Assembly (NCBI GenBank): GCA_964036045.1
Contig: OZ038378.1
Location: 181,908,001 to 181,972,000 of the forward strand
Source of the DNA: Eutreptiella sp. 'Long Island Sound 2002'
Taxonomy: Eukaryota; Protista; Euglenida
Direction: 5' to 3'
DNA length: 64,000 nucleotides
In this document: positions 44,031 to 57,470 of the stretch, one piece after another
Numbering within the stretch: position 1 is the stretch's first letter
Layout of the letters: every line of letters begins with the position of its first letter
Position numbers and translations under genes: made by a program
The notes under the pieces: model-generated
Database searches by the model: none
Told to the model about the DNA's origin: nothing
Seen by the model: the letters and a program-made list of their open reading frames with translations, nothing else

Positions 44031-47000
44031 CCTCACTGGACCCCGAAGCCACGACACCGGCCCTGATGGAAAAGTCACCCGGCTCCACTGGTTCCTGTGT
44101 GTGTCCGCGCGCACGTGCTTGCCGAGAGGTCTGCAAGAAAAAGAGGAAGCTGCTGACGCCTCAGACTGGCGTGGGCCACTCCATGGCGAGATGAGATCGC
44201 AAGTATCGGCACAATGGTGATAAGGCTGGCTGGCATCACGCTGTGCGCCCCGCAACACCCTTACCGTTGAGGCAGGTTGTCCTGGATACTCACGCAGGAG
44301 GATGTTTTTACACCTCAAGGTCCGGTCTCAGTCTTTTGAAGGTAAAGAAGGTCCTGCACATCGAAGAGCTCACTCTGTGGACGCTCCGCGTTCGGAGCTA
44401 GTGTGGAATTGCGAGTGACCACGATCGTATTGAGCCGGAACGGGTGTAGCACCCTCACCGCCTCTGCACTCAATTCAGCAGAGCATGGTGTCGGTCCTCC
44501 TGTGCAAATGCACCCACTGCTTTTGCCCCTGTACAAGAAACTGATGTGCAAAAGAAGAACAATACTCGGTGATTTAAGGAGAAACCTGCCGATCCACTGT
44601 GGAGTCGGAGTACTGCGTGCCCGAATGGGTTTCGTACTTTGCTGTGACCTCAACCTCGCACCTGACCTCTATCATTGCCTACAAAGCGGGCCAATATATC
44701 AATTTTCTGCTGTGTGCTGTCCGGCTACCGCTTTGTGTACCATACGAATTCATTCCCTCTGTGCATGCGACTGGTGGGTGGTTGATGGGTTCAAGTGCAC
44801 AACCGCAACCCCCCCCCCTTGCGCAAGCTGACCCTTGTCCGAGTAAACCTGCCTCACTGTCATTTTCCTGCCTGCAGTAGTTGAGCATGCGGAACGACAA
44901 GGAAGGGGCCCATCGTAGCATGCAAGAGGAGCTGGGTCATGCATATGTGAGTTGGTTCTGCTCATAACAAGATCTAACACGACAGTCCATTTGCATTTGG
45001 AACAGCGAACGACTTCACATTCAGATCCAATTTTAACGAAACACACGCCGGTCGTGCGAAAGCCCCAGCGTAATTTCTCCTGTTCGCGCCAATAGATCCG
45101 TCATCACAGAGGTCCTATGCGTACCTCAGATTTTCCCAACGGTTCTGTTTTTTGATCCCATTTGGCCGCGGCGCTTGGCACTTGTTGCGGAGTCATACAC
45201 CACCACGGCCTTGTCAAAGCAAACCGACCCTGTCTGACTGCTGTTTTTCAGAGCGCAAGTTGTGTGACCCAGAATGCACCATGACATGTTCGAGGGCCGG
45301 TCATAGCGGGAAAGAGGGGCTGGGTCATGCGTGGGAGGTTCCTTCTGCTCACAACAACATGTGCCTGATACTGCCACCATTTTTTTTTGTTTTGACGCAA
45401 TTTGCACATGTTGATGTGATTTGGCCCAAACCCCTCAAGAACCACCTGCCTGTGATCCGTGTCTACGCACGGCCTAGGCATAGGATGCCCGTATCACCAT
45501 ATTTTCCCCGAAGTTGTGTAAGGGGAAAGGAGGTGACATGCGTTACAGGATACTTGTCGTCTCGGACCCATCCAAGAAGCTTGTTTACGTCCATACCATG
45601 TCTGCTGCGTGATACCTGTGGATAAAGGGCATGTGTGGTGGTTGGCCCTGGCAGGGTACAGGGTTGATGGAAATGTAGTTTATGACCACAAGGAAAGGAC
45701 AGGGTTGATGGTTCCTTCCTTGTTGGCACTGGAGGGGGCAACACTTGAATGCTGTGAACAAAAGCTGCGCAGTACTGCCGGCAAGCGCTGCATCCCGTCA
45801 ACACACCATGCGAGCCAGGACATGGGGCAAAGGGCATTCTCATTCATCTGGGCCATGACAAGTCAGGGAATGGGTTTCTCGTGTCTTTGATCACAGATTA
45901 GATTTTTTTGGGCTTAGTTTCCAGCTGGAGGGGTGGTTGGAAATGTTTTTTTATTTTACAGGGGTTGTGGCGAAGGGGAGTGATTTAGAGCAGCAGCGGC
46001 GGGGGGGGAGGGGGGTGGCACAAGGGGTACGAGAGCCAGGAGCATGTACCGGGAGAGCACGTTGCAGGAACAAGCATATTGCTTTGGCCCAGGCCTCCTT
46101 ACCACTCACTGCAAACCCACACCAACTTTGCCCACACGGCCCCTAGCCCTGCCCACACGTCCCTCAACCCAAAGCTTGGTTTGGAACCGCACGGTGGGCT
46201 GTGGGCGGGCGGGTGGGTCATGCTCTGCACAATTGGGACAGTCGGGTGGATGGCGGGAGGGCAGGGCAGTATTCAGGGCATCGAACAGTGGGGGAGTGTT
46301 AGCGCACCGGGCAGCTTTTTTCGACCATTCCCCACCCGTGCCTGTTTTTGCCTCCCCTCACCAAACAATCTGCCCCCAAGAAGCTAGGGGTGATGTAGCC
46401 AATTCTGACTTGGTCCCCTTCTATTGGGAACCCGCAGAAGGCAGGGGTGATGTAGCCATTCCGCCCACACGTGTTTTGCAGGGAAGGTTTGCGGTCCAGT
46501 GCAGTCTACTTGGGGGACTCCTCGAGGCGAGGATAAACTTGGGGCTAGAGATAGGATACTTAATACAAAGGTAGTGCGCCGGATGCGCCGGGCAAACATT
46601 CCCCTTGATGATTTGGGGGTCTCAACGCACCCTAATTTCCTTCGTCCTCAACAAGCCATGCGAGCAAGAACGTGGGGCAAAGGGCAGGGATTCTCATTCA
46701 CCTGGGCCATGACAAGTCAGGGAAGGGGTTTTGTGTTTTTGATCACAGATTAGCTTTGGTTGGGCAACGTCGTACAGGTCCTCCGTTTTTCTGCTCTACT
46801 ACCAAGCTGTGCGTGTTACTTGTGCAGTAGAACACAATGTACACCAATATCTGATTCTTCATTTTGGCATCTCTTTCTCTGATTCCAAATGTAATCGTGA
46901 CAAGGATTTGTAGGCTGCAAGCAAGAAGCCAAGCAGTGGAACAATGGTGTAAGAGAGACTACATTGAAAAAAGCACCACCTTTTCTTGATGATTTGGAAG

Positions 47001-47747
47001 TTCGAGGGCACAATATGCGGGGCAAATTTGTCATCAGCCAGCTGGTCACAAGGAAAGAGTGCTGCCAAACACCATATTGACAACCTCAAACACAAGAAAA
47101 GCAAAAACATGACCTCCCATCCCAAGCTAGAAGAAAACCTGCAGGGTGGGGGGGGGGGGATGCACCGTGCGCGCATCACGCATATTTCTTATTGAGACAA
47201 TTTATTTTACCCCATTGTTTTGCTTGCTTGTTGCCCCTGGAGGTGCTGTGTTGCTGAGCCGGTATCCCATTTCACCCTAAATACCTTGAGGGTTGCATTG
47301 TACATGTTATCCCTTGGTCTATAGCTCAGCAACATGATTTCATTGTGTTGGGTTCAAGCTGGTGCGCGCGTGTTGTCTCACTGTAGCAGTGCAAATGAGC
47401 GGGCCTGCTATTGTTTTGGCCCCCTCGCAGCACCTTGGTGATTACCGATGCATATAATATTAGCTGAATGTGAAGGTGCCGATTCATGATGCTGCTGCAC
47501 TCCACTACATTTGGAGCCTGTCTCCATCACCCTCAATCTCTTCTACACGTGAACCTGATGAACAGCATGCCTCAGTGGATGGTTGGTCAACCCCCACCCA
47601 AGGGGGCGCCTTAAGCGCAGTGCGCGCGCAGTGCAGGCGCAGTGCAACTATTTGGGTGTCCAGCCGTATTGGAGACCATACTTTGTGATAGTGCAGTGCA
47701 AGGATTCCTCCCAAAAACTAATGGACAACATCCTTCTACAGCCCTAA

Positions 47748-48494
47748 TTGTGCCGTGTACCCCCCCTCCCCCTTGCTGGGAGCGATGACCCTATGACAAG
47801 AGGTCTACAACTCTCTTCTGCAAACAATATTTTGGATTTGACCTCTAAGAGAACTGCGCTAATGGAGGAAAAGAGCAACTTGGAGAAATCTGGACACCTC
47901 ACCAATCCTGAAAATGCTTCCTATGGACAACGGCTAACTCAATCCATTGACGATATGGGCATCGCCATACGAATGACCTTGCAACAACTGGAAATTGCTG
48001 AGGACAATCCACTGCTGAAAGCTCGTAAGAACTATTTTGATCTCATCACCCAAGCCAAAGAGGTGGAAAGTCAACATGAACAGCTTGGGGCCGAGGTTAC
48101 CGCCGCGGACACGACTCGCCTCCAAAAACAATGGACAATCATAAACTCTCAAATCGGGGAAGCGGAGAAGGCCATTTTTGACCTCCTTTGCAACCCTGGC
48201 TCAAAGGTATCTGATGTCGTCACTAAGCAGCAAGGACAGGTCATGCAACAACAAAAGGTGCTCCTACAACAGAGGGAAAAGGTACATTCCAAGCTTTCAA
48301 ATGCTCTGGGTGTCTCCCCGCTCAAAAAGAAACAAAAAGCTGCCGCAGCCGAAGGGACGGCTGACCACCCGCCCCCCGCCGCGGATCTAGGAATCTCCAT
48401 GACTCTTGCGAACATTCAAGCACCCATTAATTTATGTGCAAGCAAAAAAACCTTACACGACCCTGAGTTTCTGACCTCGCTCATCAACTCTTAG
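47748..48494 (+). CDS. Uncharacterised helical/coiled-coil protein (partial)
   Basis: 248-codon open frame with a natural, helix-rich composition (LKARKNYFDLITQAKEVESQHEQL). Runs to near the gap. Confidence 0.45.
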   Translation: MCRVPPLPLAGSDDPMTRGLQLSSANNILDLTSKRTALMEEKSNLEKSGHLTNPENASYGQRLTQSIDDMGIAIRMTLQQLEIAEDNPLLKARKNYFDLITQAKEVESQHEQLGAEVTAADTTRLQKQWTIINSQIGEAEKAIFDLLCNPGSKVSDVVTKQQGQVMQQQKVLLQQREKVHSKLSNALGVSPLKKKQKAAAAEGTADHPPPAADLGISMTLANIQAPINLCASKKTLHDPEFLTSLINS

Positions 48495-48523
48495 CAACAG
48501 CTTCTCATGATGCAGTTCAATTG

Positions 48524-48723
48524 NNNNNNNNNNNNNNNNNNNNNNNNNNNNNNNNNNNNNNNNNNNNNNNNNNNNNNNNNNNNNNNNNNNNNNNNNNNNN
48601 NNNNNNNNNNNNNNNNNNNNNNNNNNNNNNNNNNNNNNNNNNNNNNNNNNNNNNNNNNNNNNNNNNNNNNNNNNNNNNNNNNNNNNNNNNNNNNNNNNNN
48701 NNNNNNNNNNNNNNNNNNNNNNN
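48524..48723. other. Assembly gap (200 N)
   Basis: Directly visible. Confidence 1.
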
Positions 48724-49121
48724 GAACACCCAAGGCTATGTTGCAGCGCAAACATACTTTGCATCACCGCAGCGTTGAAATACCTCCATGATGCCTTGAC
48801 ATTGGTCAGTGGCCTCCGTAAGACAAAAGGGCATTCTTTGGTTTACAGTTTGCGAAGGCCGTGCACGATCCGTTTCGCTTTGGGTTGCCGCGACAACCTT
48901 TGGAGTTGTGGGCTCACCATGTTTTGTCAAAAAAGCCCGATTCTCATGAACCACCTTTGCTACTTGTACCCCACACAAGACTACCCCTCAAAGGGAAAGC
49001 GAAATCATTTGAATGATTTTGCACATCATGTTGAGCCTGTAGCTTTTTCGCTTCGCCAAAATGTATACGTTTCGCTGCACATGTAACCGATGCAAAATGG
49101 AGAAAATACCAGAGCTGCTAT

Positions 49122-50954
49122 GTGGTTCTTGGACACACAATGCTACCTTCGCAGTGTTTTGTGAATGGGATGGATCCTCCTACGTCCTCCTACGCGGGAA
49201 CGTCGGAGGCCGCACAAGGGAAATCAGAGGAGGACGAAGAGCAGTTGAAAATAACCGTGAAGAAGTCCATATCTCAAAAATTCAAACCGTTTTGCCACCC
49301 GAATATGAACTTGATGACCGAGGAAAAGTTGAACAGCTTTGCAGATAAAATCTTCAGCACCTCCATGGAGAAGGCGAAATTGGAGTGTGCGGGGCAACCG
49401 CCGACTACGGATCCAGCTGCTCAATTGAAGAAGACATTGTACAAGTACGTTAGTCAAATGGTGCATCACTTGTACAATCAAATGCTGCAGCAATTGTTCA
49501 AGCACAAGACGGACAGTCTTGCAACTATGGACGCGCAATTGGATGCGATGATTCAAGACATGAAAGAATCCCCAGCCGAGAAAGAAAAGATTCAAAATGC
49601 CTTATATCTATTGACCTTCGTGCAAAAGTGGAAACAGAAAAGTACTCCAGAGAAGAATGAGTACATTATGAGCTTGGAACCGCGGGATTTGCAGCAGCAC
49701 GTGCAAAGGTTGAACATGGTGGAGCGGGATCTCAAGGCGTGGAAACAAAAGAGCCCCAGTAATGCTCCGACATCGGGATCCGAGTATGCAGTTCAAGCGA
49801 CCGATAAGCTCCTCATTGAGCTCAAAAAGCAAATGCACGAGGAGCCAAACGCTTGTATGAGGAAGTTGAGAGAGGTTTGCCGCATTTTGGAGACCGAGTA
49901 TGTCGCCGATCCACCCGCCGGAGGACTCCCGACGCCTCAAGTGCAAGCTTCTCCACAAGCCCCCTCGCCAGTGCCAAGCGTTGGGCAAATGGGCGCGCAA
50001 GTCCAACAGCAGTTGCCGCAACCCCAATTGCAACAACAATTGCATCACCTTCAACATTTGCAACAACAACAACAACAATTACAAAGACAGCAGCAAGTAC
50101 CTTTTCACCCTCAACAAATTCAACAATTGCAACAACAAATGCAACAAGTTCCCCAACAAACAATGCAACAAATGCAATTGCTGGCACAACAGAGGCAACA
50201 AACACAACAATTGCAACAAACACAACAATTGCAACAAACACAACAATTACAACAAACACAACAATTGCAACAAACACAACAATTGCAACAAACACAACAA
50301 TTGCAACCAACGCAACCCATGCAACACGCCCAGCCGATGCAACAACCGCAGCCGATGCAACAAGCACAGACCATGCCACAAACGCCGTCCATGCAACACT
50401 TGCAACAAGCGCCTCAACAAATTCCACCTCAACAGATGCAACAACCTCAACAATTGCAACAACCTATGCAAGTGCAACATCCACAACAAATTCAACAGCA
50501 TCAACAACAACCACAACAACAACCACAACAACAACCACAACAACAAATGCAACCACAACAACTGCCGCAAACGCAACCAATGCAACCAACACAACAAATG
50601 CCGACTACGCAACACATGCCACAATCGTTGTACAATGCGACACCACAGCTTCAGCCGCAATTGGTCCACCAGCCTGCGCTACAACAACAACTACGTCCGC
50701 CTTCTCCAAAGTCGCCGATCTCCCAAGGTGGCACGGCATTACCATTTGACTTGAGTTTGTCATCGAGTTTGCAATCGGCAGCGCTTTTGAACACCATACC
50801 CGGGGCGTTGGCCGGGCAAGCGCACAATGTGCAACAGGTGGCAATGGGTGGCACCGGGTACACAGGAAACCAAATTCCAATTCAACAACCCGTTGCAACC
50901 TCATTCAACCCCAACACAATGCAAATGCAGATGGCCCCACATTTTCCAAGATAG
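49122..50954 (+). CDS. Helical-domain protein with a long Gln/Pro-rich low-complexity region
   Basis: 610-codon ORF with a globular-looking first ~260 aa, then a CAA-dominated polyQ region including tandem QQTQQL repeats. Confidence 0.65.
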   Translation: MVLGHTMLPSQCFVNGMDPPTSSYAGTSEAAQGKSEEDEEQLKITVKKSISQKFKPFCHPNMNLMTEEKLNSFADKIFSTSMEKAKLECAGQPPTTDPAAQLKKTLYKYVSQMVHHLYNQMLQQLFKHKTDSLATMDAQLDAMIQDMKESPAEKEKIQNALYLLTFVQKWKQKSTPEKNEYIMSLEPRDLQQHVQRLNMVERDLKAWKQKSPSNAPTSGSEYAVQATDKLLIELKKQMHEEPNACMRKLREVCRILETEYVADPPAGGLPTPQVQASPQAPSPVPSVGQMGAQVQQQLPQPQLQQQLHHLQHLQQQQQQLQRQQQVPFHPQQIQQLQQQMQQVPQQTMQQMQLLAQQRQQTQQLQQTQQLQQTQQLQQTQQLQQTQQLQQTQQLQPTQPMQHAQPMQQPQPMQQAQTMPQTPSMQHLQQAPQQIPPQQMQQPQQLQQPMQVQHPQQIQQHQQQPQQQPQQQPQQQMQPQQLPQTQPMQPTQQMPTTQHMPQSLYNATPQLQPQLVHQPALQQQLRPPSPKSPISQGGTALPFDLSLSSSLQSAALLNTIPGALAGQAHNVQQVAMGGTGYTGNQIPIQQPVATSFNPNTMQMQMAPHFPR

Positions 50955-53869
50955 CCACAGAAAGTGTGAGCCATTGCCGCTGCTGCCCTGTTCGGTTTCG
51001 GTGATTGTATCGACTCTGGCAGCTTCATGAAAGTGTGGGAAAGAAAGTGGAGGAGCCACGACCCATCATTGCCGGCAGTGACATCGCTGAACGAATGGGA
51101 AATATTCGCATGCTGGTTTCTCCTCTCACGAGGCCTTGCCGATGGTCTGTCACCTCCGCTGCTCATCCGCCATTGCAGGGCGCTGGTCTACACCGCCATG
51201 CAGCTTTACAGGCCGGGCAAGGATGCGTGTGTCTTCAAAATGATCAGTGAACGCTTGCAGACTATCGACTGGGAGGATTGTGAGCACAGGGCCGGTGCTG
51301 TTCGACGGCTGGCGACGCACGGACTTGTGCCGCTGCATGACCGAGGAGAAGCAGCGACTGTCCGACGTACAGGCGGCGCAAAGAGAAGCAGGACTGGACT
51401 AAACTGACCCACTCGATTGTCCCGGTCAATGCCCGGGCCTTGGACCAGCTGGGTAGTGAGCTGGCAGCCAGGGCTGGCAGCAATGAGGCCGTGTGGTGCT
51501 GTGTGAAGGTGTGTGTGCAGAATTGTGGCCACCAGGTTTTTAGGTGCTCGAACCATTGCCCGGTTAGTCCCATGAGTTCAGATGAGATGAAACTTGATTG
51601 CCGCCTTAGCGTTGTGCGAAGTACTGCTGGACTGCTCCCTCATCTGCAATTGTGCGGTGTGTTGTTGTTGGTCGGTTTATCTGCAGGAGCAGTGTCTTAT
51701 TCTGTCGTATGTTCCGCACCTGCAGCGCTCTGGTGTGGTGAACAAGTGTACAGTTGCAAGTTAGGTTGATGTGAGTTCGTGATTGTGACGGATTGGGGCT
51801 CGGTGATTGGCGGATAAAGTTTCAGTAGGTTGCGGAGTTCCAAACCTCCTTGCCTCGAATGGCCATGGAAAAGCGCTCGGGGGACAACGAGGTTTTTGGT
51901 GAACAACTGGAGAGTCTTTGGTGAACAATTTCCAACCGTGGACAAATTTCTGCCTTGTCAAAACCTCTACTTCCCAAGGTGGCATGCGACGTCCCTTGAA
52001 TTTACCCGTTTTCGGACCAGGAGATTGCATCGTTGGGCCAAACAGCGACCCGGGGTCTGCCAGTGCCATGTTTCAACCGTAATGAAATAGCAGGGCTTTT
52101 TCATGGTGCTTCGAGCATTTTTGGACCATTTTTCAACCCGAGAGTACCCTGGCCAATTGAATCTCACGGTAGAAAACTTGAGGGGGCAACAGCTCCACGC
52201 ATGGATGCACCTTTGATGTTATTTGCAAACACTCCGCAGCCGATTTTCGATGTTTGGACTGGAAAGTGGCTTATGTGTGTGTATGCGTGTGCGTGTGCGT
52301 GTGCATGTGTGTGCATCTGTATGCCCAACAACCCTACTTGAAGCCACCGCCTCAGCAGCGTGCTTGGTGCAAAGTGCATTCAATTTCTTGATAATAAGTG
52401 CGCTATTTCTTGCCCATGCAATCCCATTGTCACCGGCCCCTAAAGCTAGAACAATGGATCAGGCCTGCTGGAGCAAACCGCCCAAGGGGATGTGGTGCAG
52501 GGTAGCAGGGGGGGGGGTTTTGGGGGGACTTCGTGCCCATTATCGCCTGGGGGTTGGCCTTGCCCCCCTCCCGCGTCCCGCTACATTTTTCAAAAACAAG
52601 TGTTGGGTACCCAGGTTCTGCAGACCAATCGGATCCTCCAAAGCCGAATTGTGAACACCCGCGTGATTTCTTCGACCACCACCAATTGCACTCTGTGGTT
52701 GAACTCTTTGCTGCGGAAGAATGATCTAGGGCCATCAAAGAACGAAATGATGGCTTGGGCCAGTGTGGATGTTCACAGGTGGCGAGAGTTTTCTTGGGTT
52801 CTTCTGCAATTTAGGGCAGCGGCGGGGATTTTCCAGTGTGACCTGTGGCCGGAGGGGTCAATCCAACAGACACTGCCCTTTTGTTGACCTTTCCACAAAC
52901 TTCATTGGTCATTCAAGAGACGTTTTGCTGCCTGTGCATGCACATTGCTTTCACGCACGTTGTGTCTATGTGGTAAGGTAAGGTGAATTGGGCTCTGCGG
53001 TTGCATCAATGCCTACCCCCCCTTTTGGCAGCTCCCACAGTAGACTGGCATGCAGTGCTCCACGGCAATGTGTGGGTTGAGGCCACGCGGAGTTTAGATG
53101 GCTGAATTGGAGGGGATTTCCCAAAGTAATACGGAAGGAAAAGGTCTGGGGAGGGCACCTGTTTTTGAGAGGCCAACTCCAGAACAAGTGATGCATTTTC
53201 TGTCGCTGAAAGCATCGTCGCACCGATTCTTTGTACGGATTCTCTCGCGCAATGCCCAGCAGAAAAGCGTCCATGCTTCGGGATCGTCCATAGTGTTGCC
53301 CAACTGTCATGCCAATGAACCCTATACAAAATGCAATTTATGACATCCCATTCACCTAAGGGATGCATTCTGATTCTTGACCTTGGTGAAAAGTTGTTTG
53401 CTTTTGGATTCCATCAGCATAACACCCCATGCCTCCAAGGACTCTACCCACCAACTGAGCCAAACTGGCCACCAACACCTGCCAGAATCAAGTGGACAAA
53501 CGCTAGAGGCTCCTTCAAGCATCCTCTTGAAACTGCTCCAAGCCTCAGACACCATTTTGAGGGGCACACTCAAGCGAAAACCCTCTGCCACAGTAAAGCT
53601 GGAGGCCAACCACAACAAATGTGGTGACAGTCGCACCAAAAACTGGGCATACAAGGGGAGGGCAGTGCCACAACTCGAACAGGGGTTTATTGAAGCATGC
53701 CTTGAACCCATGGGGAAAGAAGGGAGTCATGCACACTTGCGTCAAGCCCATCACAACTCCCCACCCGGCCTACCTGCTGCTGCTGTTGCTGCTGCTTCGA
53801 GGAATGCCAAGAAACACCAGCAATGCCAGCCTTATGCGCAAACCATGGCAGCATTCACACCTGGAATGG

Positions 53870-54010
53870 GGCGTTTTCTGGTCATTATCTCTGGCATGGC
53901 TTGCTGTAGAGGAAGGCAAGGCAAGCAATAACAACCCAATTGGGGATACCTTTGAAACGATTGATGTCATCGCTCTCCAAGAGGGAAATGGTCATGTGTA
54001 TTAGCCAGCG
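53870..54010 (+). pseudogene. Possible APE endonuclease remnant of a non-LTR retrotransposon
   Basis: TIDVIALQE matches the APE D-h-h-x-L-Q-E motif. Surrounding frames are broken. Confidence 0.35.
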
Positions 54011-56559
54011 TTTAGAGTTTTGCCTCAGGTCGGAATTCTGGGTGAGTCAGTACTGTACCTCAAAGCCATAGGGATTGTGGGATTACCCCAGAACCTGCAG
54101 AGCACAAACGTGATCAGTACCTGTTAGTGCCGGTTTTATTGAACCCTCGTAGACGTTGGCACGCTTCCATCCCAGTGTCAGGCAAACGTGTCCCAGGTTG
54201 CACATGCTGTGTGATACCACAGCATAGTTGAATCATTTGGCAGCATGTGCATGCACACCTATCAATTGATTTGGTTGAGACTCCCTGCCAAGGTTCCCCA
54301 ACATGCCAATTGAATGTCAAGTCCTGCTCCATGCAGCACCCTTCAGGCAATGTTGGGTGACCAGTCCTGCTTGGTTGAAACGACAGGCCAGGGTTGCCCC
54401 AGCCCAACCCAATCACCCCCAACCAAATTGGGGACAACTAAGATCGTAGAAACATGCAAACCAAAGGATTCAGAACCTCAAACCTCTCCTCAAATAGTGC
54501 AAATCACGCAAAAAGAGCTGTCCAGCCTCGAAATATTGCCTTTTTCGGTGTTATGTCTGTCCTCAGAGTTGGCCAGAGAAGGTGATGACGTGTGGCCGAC
54601 TGACTAATAGCTCTGGTGAAGATCACTGAACACTCAAACGAAAAACCGAACACAGCATGACATTTTCATGATTGTTTCACGGACGCTCGATTTATGTTGT
54701 GGCATTTTTGAGACATGTTGCCTTCTGCATAGCCGGATATGTGTGGCCTGCTGGTTTGCATGCTTGTGCCTGCCTCAGTCAAGTTTGCCTCTTGGTCTCT
54801 GCACTGTCCCTCCAATTTGGCGTTTTGCAACACTCTATTTGCCTCTGTATGTGGAGGTGGGGGGCTGAAACCCAACAGGCCACAGTGTGACAGCCTGTGC
54901 CTCCTGCACTGAGTTTCATTCAGGCTACCTCTTTGGGGTATATCTGTTTTGGGGCATTTCAAGGGAAATTGCGCCGGCATGTAAGGCGCAGGCCACCTTG
55001 CAGACACCCACACAGAGTTCTTTTATACATCTACCTTGGGCATCGGCCCCCTCACCAATTGTGGTAGTTACCAAGGTAACCCCATCACAAGTGATTTCCT
55101 CCTGAAAATTCAAACTAGTACGCACACATGGAATTGCTAGGTGGCACACTTACTCAGCCTTAATATCCCAATGGGGATGACATTGGTGATGGTGGCGGGG
55201 ACGGGGATAGCGGAGTATCGCCCCAAACGAAATTTGTTTTGAGATTGACTCCACAATGCATCCCTACGCCCTGAGACTGCCTTGGGGATGGTCGCTCCAA
55301 GACTTCCTGCATTCTATCCGTGGAATTTATTTTGATTTCCTAAAAAGCAAAAGAAACCAATGCCATTCTGGGCCAAGATCAGTTTGGGACAAGGATAGAC
55401 TATTGTGAAGCAATCTGCCCAGAGACTGATGATGGCATCTATAAGCGAAACCCATGTTTCATTCATTAAACATAAGTTTTGGACCCCTATCTCAGCTTCT
55501 GCTGTTTTCTTGCGTGCTCTAGTGAGACACCTCCTGTGTTAGCATGAGCTATGAACCACAATCACCAACATTGGATGCTTGAAATGGATACGGACAACGG
55601 TGCAAAGCAGCAACCGGAGGACCAGTAGAGGAGGCAGCAGGTTGGCTAGTTCCGGAACTGGGTCCCGGGACCATTTGAAACCATCTAGAAGACCAGAGAT
55701 TTCCTGGACCGACCCAAGGAGTGGCTCGTCCAGGCCTACGAGGAGGTGGCGGAGCTTAGTGTTGCACAGGAGCGGGGTGGCACCGTGAGAGGAGAGGCAG
55801 GCTTGGGCAACATGTCGGATGAGGAGCTACCGACACCACTTTGGGGTTACCACGAGCAAAAGATGTGTGCCCGGATTGGGAACCGATAGACTTCCTGTCT
55901 CTGTGGGCGACCAGGTACCAGCAGCGCCTGTGGTGTAGACGGGCATGGGACCACAAACGGCAACTCTGACCCTCAATGTTGACGGAAAGAAGGTGGCGGA
56001 ATTGGTGCATATGTTGGCCGCCACAAAGGTCGAAAAATGAAAGGCTCCATATGGCAAGACTACCGGACATACAAACCACTGAATGGGACAACCTACCAGC
56101 GGAGCAACTACCGTATGACGGGTAGCAATTATTGGCCATGGCACTGGATGAATTCGCCAACACAGAAGGCCGCTAGATGGACCACCCTGTGGCCAGGGAG
56201 CACTGACATGCTTCAGCTATGGTGGGGCGGGGCATTGGGTGAGCCCCGAGGCGGCCATCACCGGGACACTCCATTAGCCCCAAATGTAGGCAAAGATCAA
56301 CCAGGTGGGCGACACCACCATCCTCACCAGCAACAAAGGCTTGTCATTCGACCACAACCCCCCCTCCCCCTAGCTCCATGCCGACAATGTGGGGGGAATC
56401 ATTGGGAATTGTTCCCGTGTGGCCCCGAGGGCTAGGTGTTCCTCCTGCCACAGACCCAAACCCCTACTGCCAACGAGCAACGGCCGAGCGCCCCGTCGGC
56501 GTAGCCCGCACCTCTAAGTACCGACGCCCTAAACCAGGCCATTGAGATGCTACTGCAGG

Positions 56560-57470
56560 GAGGTGCGGAGCCCTTGCAGTAGAAACGAGGTCGCCTCGGT
56601 GGCCACATGGGCAACCATGTCCGCGTGGCAAACCTATGGGCAACGCATGACGCCAGTCTGCATGCCCAGGTAGAGGAATACGGCTCAAGCCCCCTATCCG
56701 TGGCAATGCGGTGCATGGAGAATAGGACCCTCAACCAGCACTTGGGCTGGATCAGTGTGGCGTTACGAGGCCACGACCAAGCACTCCGATGGAGACCGCA
56801 TTTCGGGCACGCTTGCAGGCTCTTGCCCTACAAGAAGAGGATTTTTGGCGGCTAAGATCTTGGTGTCCGCGATGTGACTCATGGAAGACTTTAGCCTATT
56901 CCGACCATTCATTGACCAAAAGCATAAACCGCAAGTCCGGATAATTTGCTGTATGGCTCGGGGCGAAGGCTGGCCCCGATTGTTGGCCACACTGGAAGAC
57001 ATCCGGCTCGTCGGCAAACGCCGTGTCCATTGGGCTTGGGGCCGCTTCTTGTTCACCGTGGTTGCCGCCGTCACTCTATGCCTCCAAGTGAGCGATGTCA
57101 CCTCCATCCGCTGGGAATGGCTGTCTGACCCGGGATGGCTGGTGTTTTAGGAAACCACAATTAGCAAGCAAATCACCGCAATGCCAATCTCTACTTTTTC
57201 GGACAAGTGGAGAGCTTAGGTCTACCATCACTGCATGCTTAATCACCGACCGGACGGGCCAATCTTGCCAGGTGGTGCGGCAAGTGCATGGAGGCTATTG
57301 GCCACGTTTCTCTGCGGCACCGAATCCCCTGTACACTTCCGTCACCCCTTCAAACGCATGGGTGCAGCGTGCTATTGTGCCTCGGGGATCTCCGGCAGAT
57401 TTCACCCTGTGGACAGTCTGGCGACAGCAGGCCTAGGCGGCCTGCTAGGCAACACACTCCCCAAGCCGGA
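56560..57470 (+). pseudogene. Degenerate tyrosine recombinase (DIRS/Ngaro/Crypton-type YR)
   Basis: In-order YR-like motifs: VAAVTLCL(Q)VSDVTSIRW (catalytic R position), F*(E/D)xK, RHPFKRMGAA (HxxR box), FTLWTVWRQQA*AAC* (W/Y box region). Several stops and shifts. Confidence 0.6.

Larger units (their letters stand above)
41352..47760 (+). repeat. Tandem segmental duplication, copy B
   Basis: See copy A. Contains a 108-bp extra segment at 47602-47709. Confidence 0.93.

Noticed and set aside
49822-50754. Thr-rich, Asn/Cys-rich and Val/Leu-rich ORFs overlapping the polyQ gene
   Set aside because: These are alternative-frame shadows of CAA repeats.
48492-50954. Alternative genetic code (TAG = Gln)
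   Set aside because: Only one suggestive TAG. Other ORFs end cleanly at TAG or TAA, and the polyQ tract uses CAA/CAG without TAR.
51700-52740. Non-LTR RT C-terminal fragment (PRALFHGHSRQGGLEL, minus strand) and a DIRS methyltransferase-like VELFA word
   Set aside because: Each is a single short motif without supporting neighbours.
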